64,000 nucleotides of DNA from Planctomycetota bacterium (GTDB lineage Bacteria > Planctomycetota > PLA2 > JAEUHO01): the NCBI GenBank assembly GCA_965222115.1, contig CBDCTJ010000007.1:1184001-1248000 (forward strand), in the 5' to 3' direction. The position numbers and the translations under genes were made by a program. Every line of letters begins with the position of its first letter. The stretch's first letter is position 1. Shown here piece by piece: positions 1 to 10,700 of the stretch. The notes below the pieces were generated by a model. The model was not told the DNA's origin. It did no database searches and was given only the letters and a program-made list of their open reading frames with translations.

Positions 1-72
1 TCCTGCGCGGCCCGCGATGTCGCGTATTGTGCGTGCCACGCAACGTGGGGTTGCGCATTTGGACCTGCCGCC

Positions 73-402
73 ATGATGTATCGAGTCAACGTCGGTCAAG
101 ACGAGTACATCGGGTCCGCCGAGGAAGTTGTTGAGTTTCTTCGACGCACCGAGGGCGCGCCACCTAGCGCCAACGCACACGAATACATGCTGGCGGTCGC
201 AAAGCGTCTCCAAACGGCCATGGATGTTGGGGGTGTCGATACTGAATCGCCCGAGGCGTTTCTCGATTCCCTGGCGTCGCGAGGCGTCTTGCGCGTTTCT
301 GTAGGACCCGAGCCGTCCACGGAACGTGTGACCGTGGATGAAGCCCTTGGCGATGGTCCTATTGCCTTCGGCCCCGGCGTGGATCCTGACGAGATTCCGT
401 AA
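73..402 (+). CDS. Small acidic hypothetical protein
   Basis: 109-aa ORF with protein-like composition, co-oriented with the next gene; no motif recognised. Confidence 0.7.
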   Translation: MMYRVNVGQDEYIGSAEEVVEFLRRTEGAPPSANAHEYMLAVAKRLQTAMDVGGVDTESPEAFLDSLASRGVLRVSVGPEPSTERVTVDEALGDGPIAFGPGVDPDEIP

Positions 403-409
403 GTGCGAT

Positions 410-415
410 TAGGCT
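410..415 (+). promoter_or_regulatory. Putative -10 box (TAGGCT) for a leaderless transcript
   Basis: TAnnnT hexamer 6 nt upstream of GTG 422; no Shine-Dalgarno; same geometry at many other starts. Confidence 0.45.
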
Positions 416-421
416 TCGCCC

Positions 422-1396
422 GTGGAGCCGAACCGAATCCAGCATTCGCAGTCATTTCAACCCGCGAAACGGCCGCGCGCGTGGCCACGCGTCGTGTTGG
501 TACTCGTCGCGATGGCGGGCGCGATTGTTGGCGCTGCCTATCTCGCGGCCCCGGTCAATGAGTGGTTGCAAGTAAATGAATGGCGATCACCTTCGCCCGG
601 TGAGGAAACGCGCGAGTTCCTAAAAGTCTTCCGTCGCTTGCTACTCATTCCACTAATCGCGATTTTGGTCCTCGCGTGCCGTCCGTGGCGTGACGGCGAT
701 CTTGCAAGCTATGGACTTTGTCCAACATTGCCGCGGATTCGACAGCTCGGCGTGGGCTACGGTTCTACACTGCTCACCGCGATTCTCACCGTGCTCGTGC
801 TCATGGCACTTGGCGTCCTGCGCCTTGAAGATCCACCTCGGATCGGCACGTTCGCGTCACGCAGTATCAAGTATGTGCTCACGGGACTATTGGTAGCGGT
901 TCTTGAAGAGACGTTCTTTCGCGGATGGCTTCATCGGAGACTGTCGAAGCACATGAACACGGTGCGTGCGGCGGCACTGGGCGCTGCCATCTACGCCGCC
1001 GTCCATGCGTTTCGCCCCGGCAAGCTCAACCAAGACGTCACGCTCGATGCGAGCGGCGCGCTATCGGCGTTTCAATCTTGGGTTACGCGTCTTGGCGATC
1101 TGCAGAACTTTGGCCCAACGTTGCTAGGGCTGTTTCTGTTCGGACTGCTGCTTATCGCGCTCTGCAAGCGGACCGGATCGCTTTGGACATCGATTGGCGT
1201 CCACGCCGCGGGCATTTACGCCATGAATGTGCACGGGAGCCTCACTGAACGGGTGGTCCGAGAACCGTGGGCGGGCAGCAAGAAGCTGTTCAATGGCGTC
1301 CCCGGTATGGTCCTGCTCTTGTTGGCACTTTGGTGGGTGACCAGAAATGAGGGTGATCGCGAGACTGCCCGTGACGCGGCGGGTAGACTCACTTAA
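422..1396 (+). CDS. CPBP/Abi (CAAX protease-like) intramembrane glutamic protease
   Basis: Multiple TM segments; EExxFRG motif (LEETFFRGW), AAVH and SIGVH motifs. Confidence 0.88.
   Translation: MEPNRIQHSQSFQPAKRPRAWPRVVLVLVAMAGAIVGAAYLAAPVNEWLQVNEWRSPSPGEETREFLKVFRRLLLIPLIAILVLACRPWRDGDLASYGLCPTLPRIRQLGVGYGSTLLTAILTVLVLMALGVLRLEDPPRIGTFASRSIKYVLTGLLVAVLEETFFRGWLHRRLSKHMNTVRAAALGAAIYAAVHAFRPGKLNQDVTLDASGALSAFQSWVTRLGDLQNFGPTLLGLFLFGLLLIALCKRTGSLWTSIGVHAAGIYAMNVHGSLTERVVREPWAGSKKLFNGVPGMVLLLLALWWVTRNEGDRETARDAAGRLT
1384..1389 (+). promoter_or_regulatory. Putative -10 box (TAGACT)
   Basis: 6 nt upstream of ATG 1396, inside the end of the upstream gene. Confidence 0.45.
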
Positions 1397-3669
1397 TGCA
1401 TCGCGCGCTCGCCCTCATTGTGGTTCTCGCTTTGGCCGCGGTCGCTTGGTTCCTCGTCGATAGCGGTATGCTCGGCGATCTGGTTGGCAGCAACACGGAT
1501 CATGTAACCCATACCGTGAGTGCTGATTTCCTCACCGGTGAAAACGATGGCGACGCTGACAAGCCGGGGGTCATGTTGCAGGGATTCGGGCCGGCCGTAT
1601 CCACAAGCGAGAAGGACGCCAAACTCAGCAGCCTTGAGGCACTTCTCAATGCAGGCGAATCGTTTGCCAAAGGCGCAACCGGCGCCAAGGTTCCGTTTCG
1701 CGCGTACGTCGTCGATGTTGATGGCGATCCCGTGGCCGAAGTTGACATCACCATTGACGGCACCGAACACAAGTCGCGCACGGTTACGAAGTCCGATGAG
1801 CAGGGTGCGTTTGAGGTTGAGCTTCCCGCCGGTCGTTACGACCTCCTATTTGAATCCGAGTCGGCGGGTGCGCTTGCGGTTCGCAACTACATCGTTGATG
1901 GCGCCAAGGATCAAACCAAAGAGTTTACCCTTCGAGATCGTGCCACGGTGCGTGTGTTTGCGAAGCAAGGCGGGAAGCCTCTGTCGGGCGCAAGAGTCAT
2001 GGTGCAACGGTATCGACCCAAACGCATCGCAGCGGTAAAGAACGCCGTGTCACGCCCGACAGTGATAAACGGTGCCGGATCCGGAGTTGAACCGGAGTTT
2101 CCCATAGGCTCGCCGGCTGCTAGATTTACGGACGCGTCGGGTAAAGTGACATACGAAGGTCTTCCCATTGACCGGTACGAGATATCGATTTCGACGTCAC
2201 CAAGCGCAGGCGACGAGGATCCCGGCGGGCCAACTCAGTCCGTCACCCGCTGGATCAAGGGCACGGTGGACATTTACCTCAATGTTCCCAAGTCGGCCAA
2301 GCTCAAGGGGAGCGTACGGGCCAGCAAAGAAGGGCCGCGGATTCCGGCAACGCTGCTTCTAAAGACCAAGGCTCGCGGCACATCCGGTGTGCTGGCTTCG
2401 ACGTTTTCAATTGAGCCCAACAGCGATTTTGAGATTGATGTCCCCTCTGGAAAGGTTGAATCGATATCGGTGGTTGCCGATGGGTACGCCTCGTGGCCCG
2501 AGCCGCATAAGCGAAAGAGTATCTATCGCAAACTGTATGCACTTCGTCGCGGCAAACCCGCTCGACTCGACGTGATTTTGAGCAAGGGACGCGCGATCAC
2601 CGGCAAGGTGCTCACGCAAGAAGGCGATCCTGTTTCGGGCGTCACGCTGCGATTCAAGGGCCGGTACGCCGAGATGGCCGTAGAGGCAACGAGCGACAAA
2701 GAAGGTCTCTACTCGGTGGGCGAACTCACGGCCGATCGCTATGAAATGAGCATCGTAAATCGCGGTGTATATCCAATCGCAGATCAACGCTCCGTAGTCA
2801 AGCTACCGCGAGGTCAAGACAAGCCATTTGAATTCGATGTGAAGGTGGCACCGGCGCGCACGTTGCGTGGACGCGTACTCGATGCCGATGGTGAGCCACA
2901 GCCCGCCGCGCGTGTATGGATTGTGGGCGGTGGTCGCAGTGTTCGCAACGCCAGGAACATTGGTCGCGATCTTGAAACGTTTACCGATGCCAAGGGTCGC
3001 TTCGCGCTGGCCGAACTGCATCCGGAGCGCAGCGTGTTCTTGCGCGCTGCCGTAGGCGAACTTCAAGCCACGCCCATTTCGATTCCCGCACGTCGCGCTG
3101 CCCCCGATCCCTTGCAGTTGGTGTTGGAGCCTGCTGAGACCATTCACGGCGTTGTGACCGATGGGCATGGCCACCGCGTACCCGGCGTGCGCATCCGTTT
3201 TCGACCGATGACGGGCGATGGCCGCACGGGCAAGGCCGCCTACACCAATACAAAAGGCGAGTTTACGACCAGGAATTTCATTCCCGGCGATTGGCGCGCC
3301 GAAGTCTCCAAGCGCCGTTACTTGAAGACACCTCACAAAGTATTTCGCGTTCACTCTGGTGGCGGCGACACACGGTTGGATCTCGAAATCAATCCCGGCA
3401 TGATTTTCTCGGGGCGCGTGAGGGACATTCACTCCTCCATGCTTCAAGGCGTTCGCGTCTCGGCACGCATGATGAAGAAGAACGGACGCCCGGGTCGCTC
3501 GATGGCGTCGGGGACTACCGACAACTTCGGCAACTTTCGCTTAACCGGCATCAAACCCACGGGTGCGCAGTTCATGCTCGTCTTCTACAAGCGCGGCTAC
3601 AAGACCGTGCGCCTCAAGAATCAACGCGGGCCCCAAGATCGTATCGATGTAGGTATGCAGCGAAACTAG
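1396..3669 (+). CDS. Membrane-anchored protein with repeated carboxypeptidase-regulatory-like beta-sandwich domains
   Basis: N-terminal hydrophobic anchor; repeated 'GxVxDxxGxPVxGxxV...TDxxGxF' units. Confidence 0.85.
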   Translation: MHRALALIVVLALAAVAWFLVDSGMLGDLVGSNTDHVTHTVSADFLTGENDGDADKPGVMLQGFGPAVSTSEKDAKLSSLEALLNAGESFAKGATGAKVPFRAYVVDVDGDPVAEVDITIDGTEHKSRTVTKSDEQGAFEVELPAGRYDLLFESESAGALAVRNYIVDGAKDQTKEFTLRDRATVRVFAKQGGKPLSGARVMVQRYRPKRIAAVKNAVSRPTVINGAGSGVEPEFPIGSPAARFTDASGKVTYEGLPIDRYEISISTSPSAGDEDPGGPTQSVTRWIKGTVDIYLNVPKSAKLKGSVRASKEGPRIPATLLLKTKARGTSGVLASTFSIEPNSDFEIDVPSGKVESISVVADGYASWPEPHKRKSIYRKLYALRRGKPARLDVILSKGRAITGKVLTQEGDPVSGVTLRFKGRYAEMAVEATSDKEGLYSVGELTADRYEMSIVNRGVYPIADQRSVVKLPRGQDKPFEFDVKVAPARTLRGRVLDADGEPQPAARVWIVGGGRSVRNARNIGRDLETFTDAKGRFALAELHPERSVFLRAAVGELQATPISIPARRAAPDPLQLVLEPAETIHGVVTDGHGHRVPGVRIRFRPMTGDGRTGKAAYTNTKGEFTTRNFIPGDWRAEVSKRRYLKTPHKVFRVHSGGGDTRLDLEINPGMIFSGRVRDIHSSMLQGVRVSARMMKKNGRPGRSMASGTTDNFGNFRLTGIKPTGAQFMLVFYKRGYKTVRLKNQRGPQDRIDVGMQRN

Positions 3670-3671
3670 GC

Positions 3672-5387
3672 ATGGCGCGCTTCGTCGTCATCCCTGGATT
3701 CCTTGCGTTGGCCTTACTGATGTGGTCGTTGTTGAATCAGGATTCAGCGCAAGACCTCTCCAATGCTAGTGAAACGCTAGAGGAGGCGAATGCTGAGGCA
3801 AATTCAGTACGGCTGAAGGGCCGCCGAAAACGGGAGGCGGACGCCCGACCCATGACTGCAAATCAAGTCGCCGAAACAGTGCCGCCAATTAATGCGGGAG
3901 ATTTGCCATTGACCGGCGCCACTGTGCCGTTTCACGCGCGCGTTGTCGATGAGCGTGGCACTCCTGTTGATGACTGCGAAGTGGAGGCATGGTCAGCATG
4001 CAGATTCAACTGGGTAACACCAGGTGAGTCAATGCGCGCCAATTCGAAGGGAAACGTGGAGGGGGACTTAGAATCCGGTCGCTACGACCTTTGGTTCCGC
4101 TCGCCAACGCTCGGGACGCTATTCGTGCAAGATTACGTTCACGATGGCGCGCAAGAAAATGTTCTAGACGTTCGCCTAATAGACCGTCTAGGTATTCGCG
4201 TGCTGGTGAAGGAATCGGGGACACCTTCGCCTGGCATCACTGTCCATGTGGCGCGACTTCGTGGCGATGATGACCCTAGAAGAATCGTGTACAACCATGT
4301 CACCAGATCGGTGATGAACCTCGACGACCCCGACTTCTTCTTTGGACCAAGTAGATTAAACGAACATGGGGAAACGGACGCCAATGGAATAGCGACCTTC
4401 CATCGAATTCCCAAGGGCACATATCGAGTAACGGTGTTTTCAAAATCTGCAGGGTTGTTCGTAGATGATCCTCCCTCGTGTGTCGCCTATCGCCGGCTCA
4501 CGGACCAACCTGTCGAATTGAGCATGTCTCTACCACGCTTTTCAAAAGTACGCGGATGCGTACGTGCGATTGAAGAGGTCCCCTACGCAACCGCAAACCT
4601 AGTCGTTCAGACTCGCGTCGAAGAAGACGACTCATTGTGGAGTGCATCTCAGTTGGTGGCCATCGGCGACGATTTCGAAATGAGCGTACCTGTCGGCCGC
4701 GTGGCGTCCGTTCGGGTGAACGCCGAGGGCTTTGCGGCGTGGCCCGCGCCAGAGTGGCGCGGTCTGATTAAGAGCAAGCTTTCGAGTATGCTTCGTGGCG
4801 AAGACAGGCGCCTGGACGTGGACCTGAGCAAGGGGCACAAGCTCGTGGGAACCGCGCTAACGTCCATTGGCGACCCCGTTCCGGCGGTTTACTTGCGGTT
4901 GACGGGGCACGAATCGGGCGAAGTTGCCACGACGTCCACCGACGCAGATGGTGTATTTAGAGTCGAGGGTCTGAATCCAGATCGCTACAGCATTCGCATT
5001 ACTACGCCTCGCATATTGCCTCTCCAGGATCAACAAGCGTTTGTGACGGTTCCCTCCGGCGCGGGCGAACCCACCGAGTTCAACATCCGCGTCGCGCGTG
5101 CAACGACACTCCAAGGCATCGTTGTGAATTCCGATGGCACACCCCAACCCGCCGCGCGGGTGTGGATCGTCGCTCGCGAGGCCTACCTGCGCGAGTTGAA
5201 GAAATCACGAAACCGCCGACTCGAAGCATTCACGGATGCAAGCGGTCACTTCGCCTTCGACGAGATTCATCCGCAGCGCGACATGCTGCTTTGCGCCGAA
5301 ATCGGCAATCGTCGATCAGCCCAGGTCCCCATCAAAGCCGGACGAGCAAAGGACAAGCTCCTACGCATCGAGCTTCCCTCAAAGTAG
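3672..5387 (+). CDS. Tandem paralog of 1396..3669 (carboxypeptidase-regulatory-like repeats), shorter
   Basis: ATG 3672 (MARFVVIPGFLALALL) follows the stop at 3669; shares GAxVPFxAxVVD, GRYDLxF, PQPAARVWIV and FTDAxGxF with the upstream protein. Confidence 0.82.
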   Translation: MARFVVIPGFLALALLMWSLLNQDSAQDLSNASETLEEANAEANSVRLKGRRKREADARPMTANQVAETVPPINAGDLPLTGATVPFHARVVDERGTPVDDCEVEAWSACRFNWVTPGESMRANSKGNVEGDLESGRYDLWFRSPTLGTLFVQDYVHDGAQENVLDVRLIDRLGIRVLVKESGTPSPGITVHVARLRGDDDPRRIVYNHVTRSVMNLDDPDFFFGPSRLNEHGETDANGIATFHRIPKGTYRVTVFSKSAGLFVDDPPSCVAYRRLTDQPVELSMSLPRFSKVRGCVRAIEEVPYATANLVVQTRVEEDDSLWSASQLVAIGDDFEMSVPVGRVASVRVNAEGFAAWPAPEWRGLIKSKLSSMLRGEDRRLDVDLSKGHKLVGTALTSIGDPVPAVYLRLTGHESGEVATTSTDADGVFRVEGLNPDRYSIRITTPRILPLQDQQAFVTVPSGAGEPTEFNIRVARATTLQGIVVNSDGTPQPAARVWIVAREAYLRELKKSRNRRLEAFTDASGHFAFDEIHPQRDMLLCAEIGNRRSAQVPIKAGRAKDKLLRIELPSK

Positions 5388-5398
5388 TCCCGAACCCC

Positions 5399-5509
5399 GC
5401 AAAAAGGTGCCGCACAAAAAGTGCCGGGAGCGAACTGTGAAATACACAAAAAGTGCCGGGAGCGAATTGTGGAACTCACGAAGAGTACCGGGAGCGAATT
5501 CGTGGGTTA
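5399..5509. repeat. Tandem array of 32-bp imperfect-hairpin (REP-like) repeats
   Basis: CACAAAAAGTGCCGGGAGCGAA at 5413 and 5445, CACGAAGAGTACCGGGAGCGAA at 5477 (period 32), plus a partial copy at 5399; lies between convergent genes. Confidence 0.85.
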
Positions 5510-6127
5510 CTTGCTCGAGAGGCGGGCGAGGTTGTGGCGGGCGGCGAAGTTGTTGGGCTCGACGCGTAGGGCGTGCTGGAAGTACTCATGGGCGGCCTGC
5601 TTGTCGCCGCGCATGGCGGCGTGGAGGCCCAGGCCGTTGTAGGGAGCCGCGCGCTTGGGGTTGAGCTGAATCGACTGCTTGTAATAGGACACCGCTTCTT
5701 CGGCGGTTGCCGCGCTACGGCCCTGAAGGAAGAGTTGATGGGCAGCGTCGGGCGATGCTTCACTGTGGCCTGCGACTTCGGCATTGACTTGCGGACGAGT
5801 GCGGTAGGTTTCACGCGCCTGCATCGATTGGGGCGGCGCGTCGTAACCGCGCTCCCAGAAACTCGCGGATTCGGTGTCGGATCCAAACACACTTCCGCGA
5901 CCGCGTTCGCGACCATCGCAGATGTAATCGCCCACGAGATAGCCGCCAATGGCGCCCGCAGCAACGCCGATGCCTGCGCCCGGCCATCCGCCGATGAGGC
6001 CGCCAACCACGCCGCCGCCCGTGGCGCCCATGAGCGTGCCGGAAAGGCGCTCATTCATCTGGCAACCGGGGGCCGCTGCGAGGCTGAGGAGCATGACGCC
6101 CAGAATGAGGATGGTTGTGGCACGCAT
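5507..6127 (-). CDS. Lipoprotein with glycine-zipper and C-terminal TPR domain
   Basis: Signal peptide ending APG-C; GxxxG zipper (GATGGGVVGGLIGG..GAGIGVAAGAIGG); TPR pattern YYKQSIQLNP..YNGLG..ALRVEP. Confidence 0.85.
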   Translation of the reverse strand: MRATTILILGVMLLSLAAAPGCQMNERLSGTLMGATGGGVVGGLIGGWPGAGIGVAAGAIGGYLVGDYICDGRERGRGSVFGSDTESASFWERGYDAPPQSMQARETYRTRPQVNAEVAGHSEASPDAAHQLFLQGRSAATAEEAVSYYKQSIQLNPKRAAPYNGLGLHAAMRGDKQAAHEYFQHALRVEPNNFAARHNLARLSSK

Positions 6128-6243
6128 AGATCGCTCCCAGAGGCATCGGCAGGGTTTAGTCCCTGTTAGGGAAATCGGTTGCAATCGGCCTCCGCCACAC
6201 CCCGGCCCAGCCCAAATCCGGTCGTCTCGACTCCGGACGTAGG

Positions 6244-7143
6244 ATGACCACCATGTGCGCGCGGCTCGTTTCGGCCCTCTTCAGTTGCCTGGCCCTCACG
6301 ACGCTAGCGGCCTGCGCGGAAGTGGACGAGGTCTGGCGCTTCCGCGACGGCGGCGGCGGTCGTTACCAACTCACGGTTCGCTACAACGGCGATCTCCTTC
6401 GCCAGATTCGCGAGGTCGTAGGCGAGGCTCGCCTGCGCCAACTCTCACCTCGGCCCCTGCCATTCGATGTCGCAATCTGGCGTCGCACACTGGCACGCGT
6501 CAAGGGACTCAATGTCAAGTCGTGCGAAGAAAAGACGCTCGACGGCGGCATGATTGAACTGAGTGCCGATGTCGAGTTTGACTCCTTGCGGGCTATGTTG
6601 CACTGGGAGTTCCTAAGCTGTCGTACAACGTCGTTGGTGAATGCCGAGGTCGATGGTGAGACGCGTCAGACACTCACCATGAACCCATTGGCGCGCTTAC
6701 CTGTGTTGCGCACCGGTCTTTCGTGGTGGCGTTTGACTGAGAAATCGAATGACGAAAAACGGACGTCGGCCGAGGGTGCTACCGACGATAAGGATGAACT
6801 GCCGACCTCCGTTGGCGCACGTCGAACGGCCCGCGCGGCGGTGAAATTGCCCGCCCACACCGTCGCGATGCTGCGCCAGATGATTGCCCCGCATTTGAAG
6901 CAGATTCGCCTGTCTACCACCTTTCATGTGCCCGGCACGTGGACGGATCGAGGACGTGGCGCAGCCGATGAAGAAGGTGGTACGCGCGCGACGTTTACTG
7001 CTCCACATATCATCGCGGCCATGCCGCCGCAGTTACGCATGACGTGGCGGCCCACGTCATTTGCCAAAATTGCCCCGCTACACCACATGGGTGACGTGCG
7101 TGACGGTAAACAGAAATCGACCAGCGAAAGCGAAGCCAAGTGA
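6244..7143 (+). CDS. Hypothetical lipoprotein
   Basis: Lipobox LAAC after a hydrophobic signal; true start may be ATG 6253 (TAGGAT lies 7 nt upstream). Confidence 0.7.
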   Translation: MTTMCARLVSALFSCLALTTLAACAEVDEVWRFRDGGGGRYQLTVRYNGDLLRQIREVVGEARLRQLSPRPLPFDVAIWRRTLARVKGLNVKSCEEKTLDGGMIELSADVEFDSLRAMLHWEFLSCRTTSLVNAEVDGETRQTLTMNPLARLPVLRTGLSWWRLTEKSNDEKRTSAEGATDDKDELPTSVGARRTARAAVKLPAHTVAMLRQMIAPHLKQIRLSTTFHVPGTWTDRGRGAADEEGGTRATFTAPHIIAAMPPQLRMTWRPTSFAKIAPLHHMGDVRDGKQKSTSESEAK

Positions 7144-7547
7144 GAGACCACGAGCGAAATAAGATCGTTGGGCTACCGGGTCTCGAGGTCGTGGTGTACT
7201 CCACCGGGCCCGAATGCACCCTGTGTCAACACGTTCTCGATTTGCTCGATGCGTTGCGAGCGCGACTCGCGATCCGCTTCGAGCTACAGATTCGCGTCGT
7301 CGAACTTTCCCTTTCCGAGTCTTTGGCACCTCCCGATGCGCGAGATGCCGCTCTGGAACCCGATTTCGTGTTTCGCGCCCCCGTCGTGATGGTGGCGGGC
7401 CGCGTCGTGCTTGAGGGGCGTATTTCGCGCGAATCGCTCATTGCGGCGCTCAGTGAGGTGAATTCGTCCTTCGCCCGGGCTGTCGCCGCCATCCCGTCAA
7501 ATGCGGCCTGTGGGCCCGGTGCCCCCCGCGTCGATGAGAGGATCTGA
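7140..7547 (+). CDS. Glutaredoxin-like (DUF836-type) CxxC protein
   Basis: VVYSTGPECTLC near the N-terminus and RAPVV cis-Pro motif; GTGA overlap with the upstream gene. Confidence 0.72.
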   Translation: MRDHERNKIVGLPGLEVVVYSTGPECTLCQHVLDLLDALRARLAIRFELQIRVVELSLSESLAPPDARDAALEPDFVFRAPVVMVAGRVVLEGRISRESLIAALSEVNSSFARAVAAIPSNAACGPGAPRVDERI

Positions 7548-7731
7548 TCGATGCAAGGTTTCGCCGTTGCCTATAAACGAATGAATCGCAGAGCAATGAT
7601 TCGCAGCAGTTGGATTCCATTGGGCGCTTTGGGCGTCGATGGTTGCGCGTTCGGCGCCGCGAGCGCTGGGTTTGGCGGGCACCTTGAGCAGAGCCGTATC
7701 AACCGACGTCGTCCACGGAGAGCACGACGCT

Positions 7732-10700
7732 ATGGAAATTGACCCCATCAAAGCCGCGCTCGCGCGCACCTTGGGTATGACAGTCCCACAAGTTGGCGAG
7801 GCCGCCACGCGCGCGGACCGCGCATTGCGTGCAAGTGGTCCATTGCAGTTTGACAAGGACGGTGCACTCGTGGGCCAGCCCAAGTTGGCACCCACGCGCG
7901 TTCACGATCAGCCATCAGACACGTCCGATGCACCGAGTACGGAAGAGGCCGAGCCGACTGAAACCCAGGCGGCATCGAGTTGGCAAGACGTCGTAACTTC
8001 GCGCGTAGAGGCAAGTGGTGAACCGTCATCGACAAAGCGGGAGTCGCCGAAGAAGGCAGTATTGCCGCCGCGACTTGGCGCTACTACGCTCGGAGGGGCG
8101 GACACAAGCTCGATTGGGGCAACGGGCGTCAACGACCGTGAAGCGAGCCCGCTTGCCAATGACCCGTTTTGGCGCGTTCACACCGACGTATCTTCCGAGG
8201 AAGCGTCATTGGGTGGGGACGCGCCCGGCGAGTTGCAGTCGAAATCTAGCACCGATGAGCCAAGGGTTAAAGGGAAAGAGTACGTTAGCTTTGCCAGCCT
8301 AGCGCGTGCGTCGCGCGACGTCGATGCCAATGATGTAGATTCCGAAGGCGACGATAAAGGTTCCGATCGACTCCCATCGTTCGATTTGCACAGAGCGATT
8401 GATTCTTCATTGACACCCGATGAGCCCGCGAAAGGTGAATCTGAGCATATCGCCGTTGATGACGTTCATGCTGGGCATGAAGACGGGAATTCAACTGATT
8501 TCTCGAGCGCTGTACTCGAAGACGTGCGTATAAGTGCCGAGGGTGCCGAAAAAGAATATTCTTCGTCCGTGCATGAAATCGAACAATCGCCAGCATTTGA
8601 CGACGAGCCATTCCCTTCCGAATCTCAGGATGACGCGTACGAGTTTGACCCGGCCGGAGATCCGCAATCTTCTGAAGCGGCGTCAGAAGAAGACGAGGCC
8701 GAGTCCTCCTCCACGACCACCGTGGATGTTGAGACTCACATCTCCGACCAAGTGTTCGTCCCGAGTGGACCGTTCCTCTATGGCGAAGCGCGTGAAGAGC
8801 GCAGCCTCCCGGCGTACTGGATCGACAAGTACCCCGTAACCAACGCCGACTACGAAGTGTTCGTGGAGGAAACCGGTCACCGCGCGCCGGCCTATTGGCC
8901 TCAGGGGCAGTTACCGCGCGCACTCCGCGACCATCCCGTGGTGGGCGTGGACTACTTCGATGCGTTGGCCTACGCCTCGTGGGTGGGCAAAGATCTCCCG
9001 TTTGAAGACGAGTGGGAACGCGCCGCGCGTGGTCGCGACGGTCGCATCTTCCCGTGGGGTAACGAGCCTGAACTCTCTGGCGCCAACACCGCGCGCGCCG
9101 GCGTTCGTTGCACAGTCACGGTGGACACGCACAAGATCAACATTTCGCCCGAGGGTTGCTGGGACATGGTTGGCAACTGTTGGGAACTCACACACAGTCC
9201 CGCGCCCGGTGGCGGCGTCGTGGTGCGCGGCGGTTCGTGGTACGACTTCGCGCTCTACGCCAAGACCTACTTCCGTTTCGCTTCTCGCCCCGACGTGTGC
9301 AATGGCACCATTGGATTCCGTTGTGTTCGCCGAGACCAGCCTCGAGACGACGCCCCGCGCGAGGTGCATCCCGGACACGTCGCCGACGAGATCAACAAAC
9401 GTCGCGGCAAGCGTCCCTTGGTGGATTGGACGTCGTTTAGCGCCGAGCGCCGCGACCTCGTGCCCGACTTTGCTCACCTTGCGCGCATTGAGGCCGAGTC
9501 CCGAGCTAGTGAGTTCGCGGAGCGTCCACTTCGTCCCACGCCTCAACACGATTCCGATTCCACGTACGTGTCGCCGCTTACGCCACAGGGCGTGAGGCGG
9601 GATCGCGACACGGTCGATTCATCGGTCACCGCAGAAATCAACGAGGACGGCGACAAGCGTGAAGCACACACAAGCAGTGACGCAGCAGATCGCGAAGAAC
9701 ACGCAAACAACGACTTCGTAGAACGTCGTGAAGACGAAGACGTCGATTCACAATCTCGTGGCGACACCTCGGATGACTTCGATCCAAGTGCCTTCGCTGG
9801 AGATGCGGCGCGCGAACACGAGCAAGTGCTTCACTCAGATGCTGAAGAAGACGAGGAAGAAGGGATGGACGCCAGTCCCTATCAACCTGCGCCCCCCGAG
9901 CCCGCCGCAACATCGCACGTAACGTCGCCTGAAGCGGATGCAGGGACCGATGCGTCGATCGACGAAGTACAATCTACGCAAGATGTATCCGACACGTCAG
10001 GGCACCGCGTAGAGCAGGATCACGACGAACGCGTGCATGTCGACGCGCACGGCGCCGCGTCGGTCGGTCGACGGTCGCCCACCGGTGCGTATGTGCCGTT
10101 GTCAGACGTTATGGCACAGAAGTCGGAGAAGACGCCCGAGGCTAGGGGGCCCTACGCGCCGGGTGCCGGTGGCATGAAACTTGGTGCCACGTCGTTGGAG
10201 GCAGGTCAAGCGTCGGGCATGTACGACGCCATCGACAACGCCATTCGCAAGACGGCCCACTATGACGTGGACGATACGGCGCAAGCCAAGACAACTCCCC
10301 TGTGGATGTGGGGGTTATTGGCATTGGCGTTTTTGCTGCTCGGATACTGGCTGTGGCAAACATTGGCGAGCCACGCGTCGGACACGACATCCGGTAGTCA
10401 GCACGCCAGCCTAGTAACCGAAGATTCGAACGAGGTGCCGGCACCGGCGAAGAATGAGCTGCCCAAGGTGCCGGATTGGGACACGCTTGCGACGGACGGT
10501 CAGTTGGCAAAGATGATCGATCTTGCGAATCGCGAAGAGTTCGAGCTGCTCAAGGACGGCGCTTGGATCTTTGTCTTTGTGGACCCGCAGTCCACGACGG
10601 GCGCCAAAACGATTACCGAATCGCATGCGGTTCACCGTCGCCTCGTTGGGTGGGGCATTCAAACCGCTATTGTGATTCCTCCGTCCGTGGCGGAGCGCGA

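Noticed and set aside
3291-3671. N-terminal extensions in the ORF track (also at 12273, 21359, 21794, 38770, 43269 and 50193)
   Set aside because: They overlap neighbouring genes; downstream starts match signal peptides or family N-termini and have SD or -10 motifs
5399-5509. Possible mini-CRISPR array
   Set aside because: The segments between repeats are only about 10 nt and resemble each other, there are no unique 30-40 nt spacers, and no cas genes are present
8740-9340. FGE/C-type-lectin domain as a diversity-generating retroelement target
   Set aside because: No reverse transcriptase and no second near-identical (template repeat) copy is visible in the window; the domain is internal rather than C-terminal
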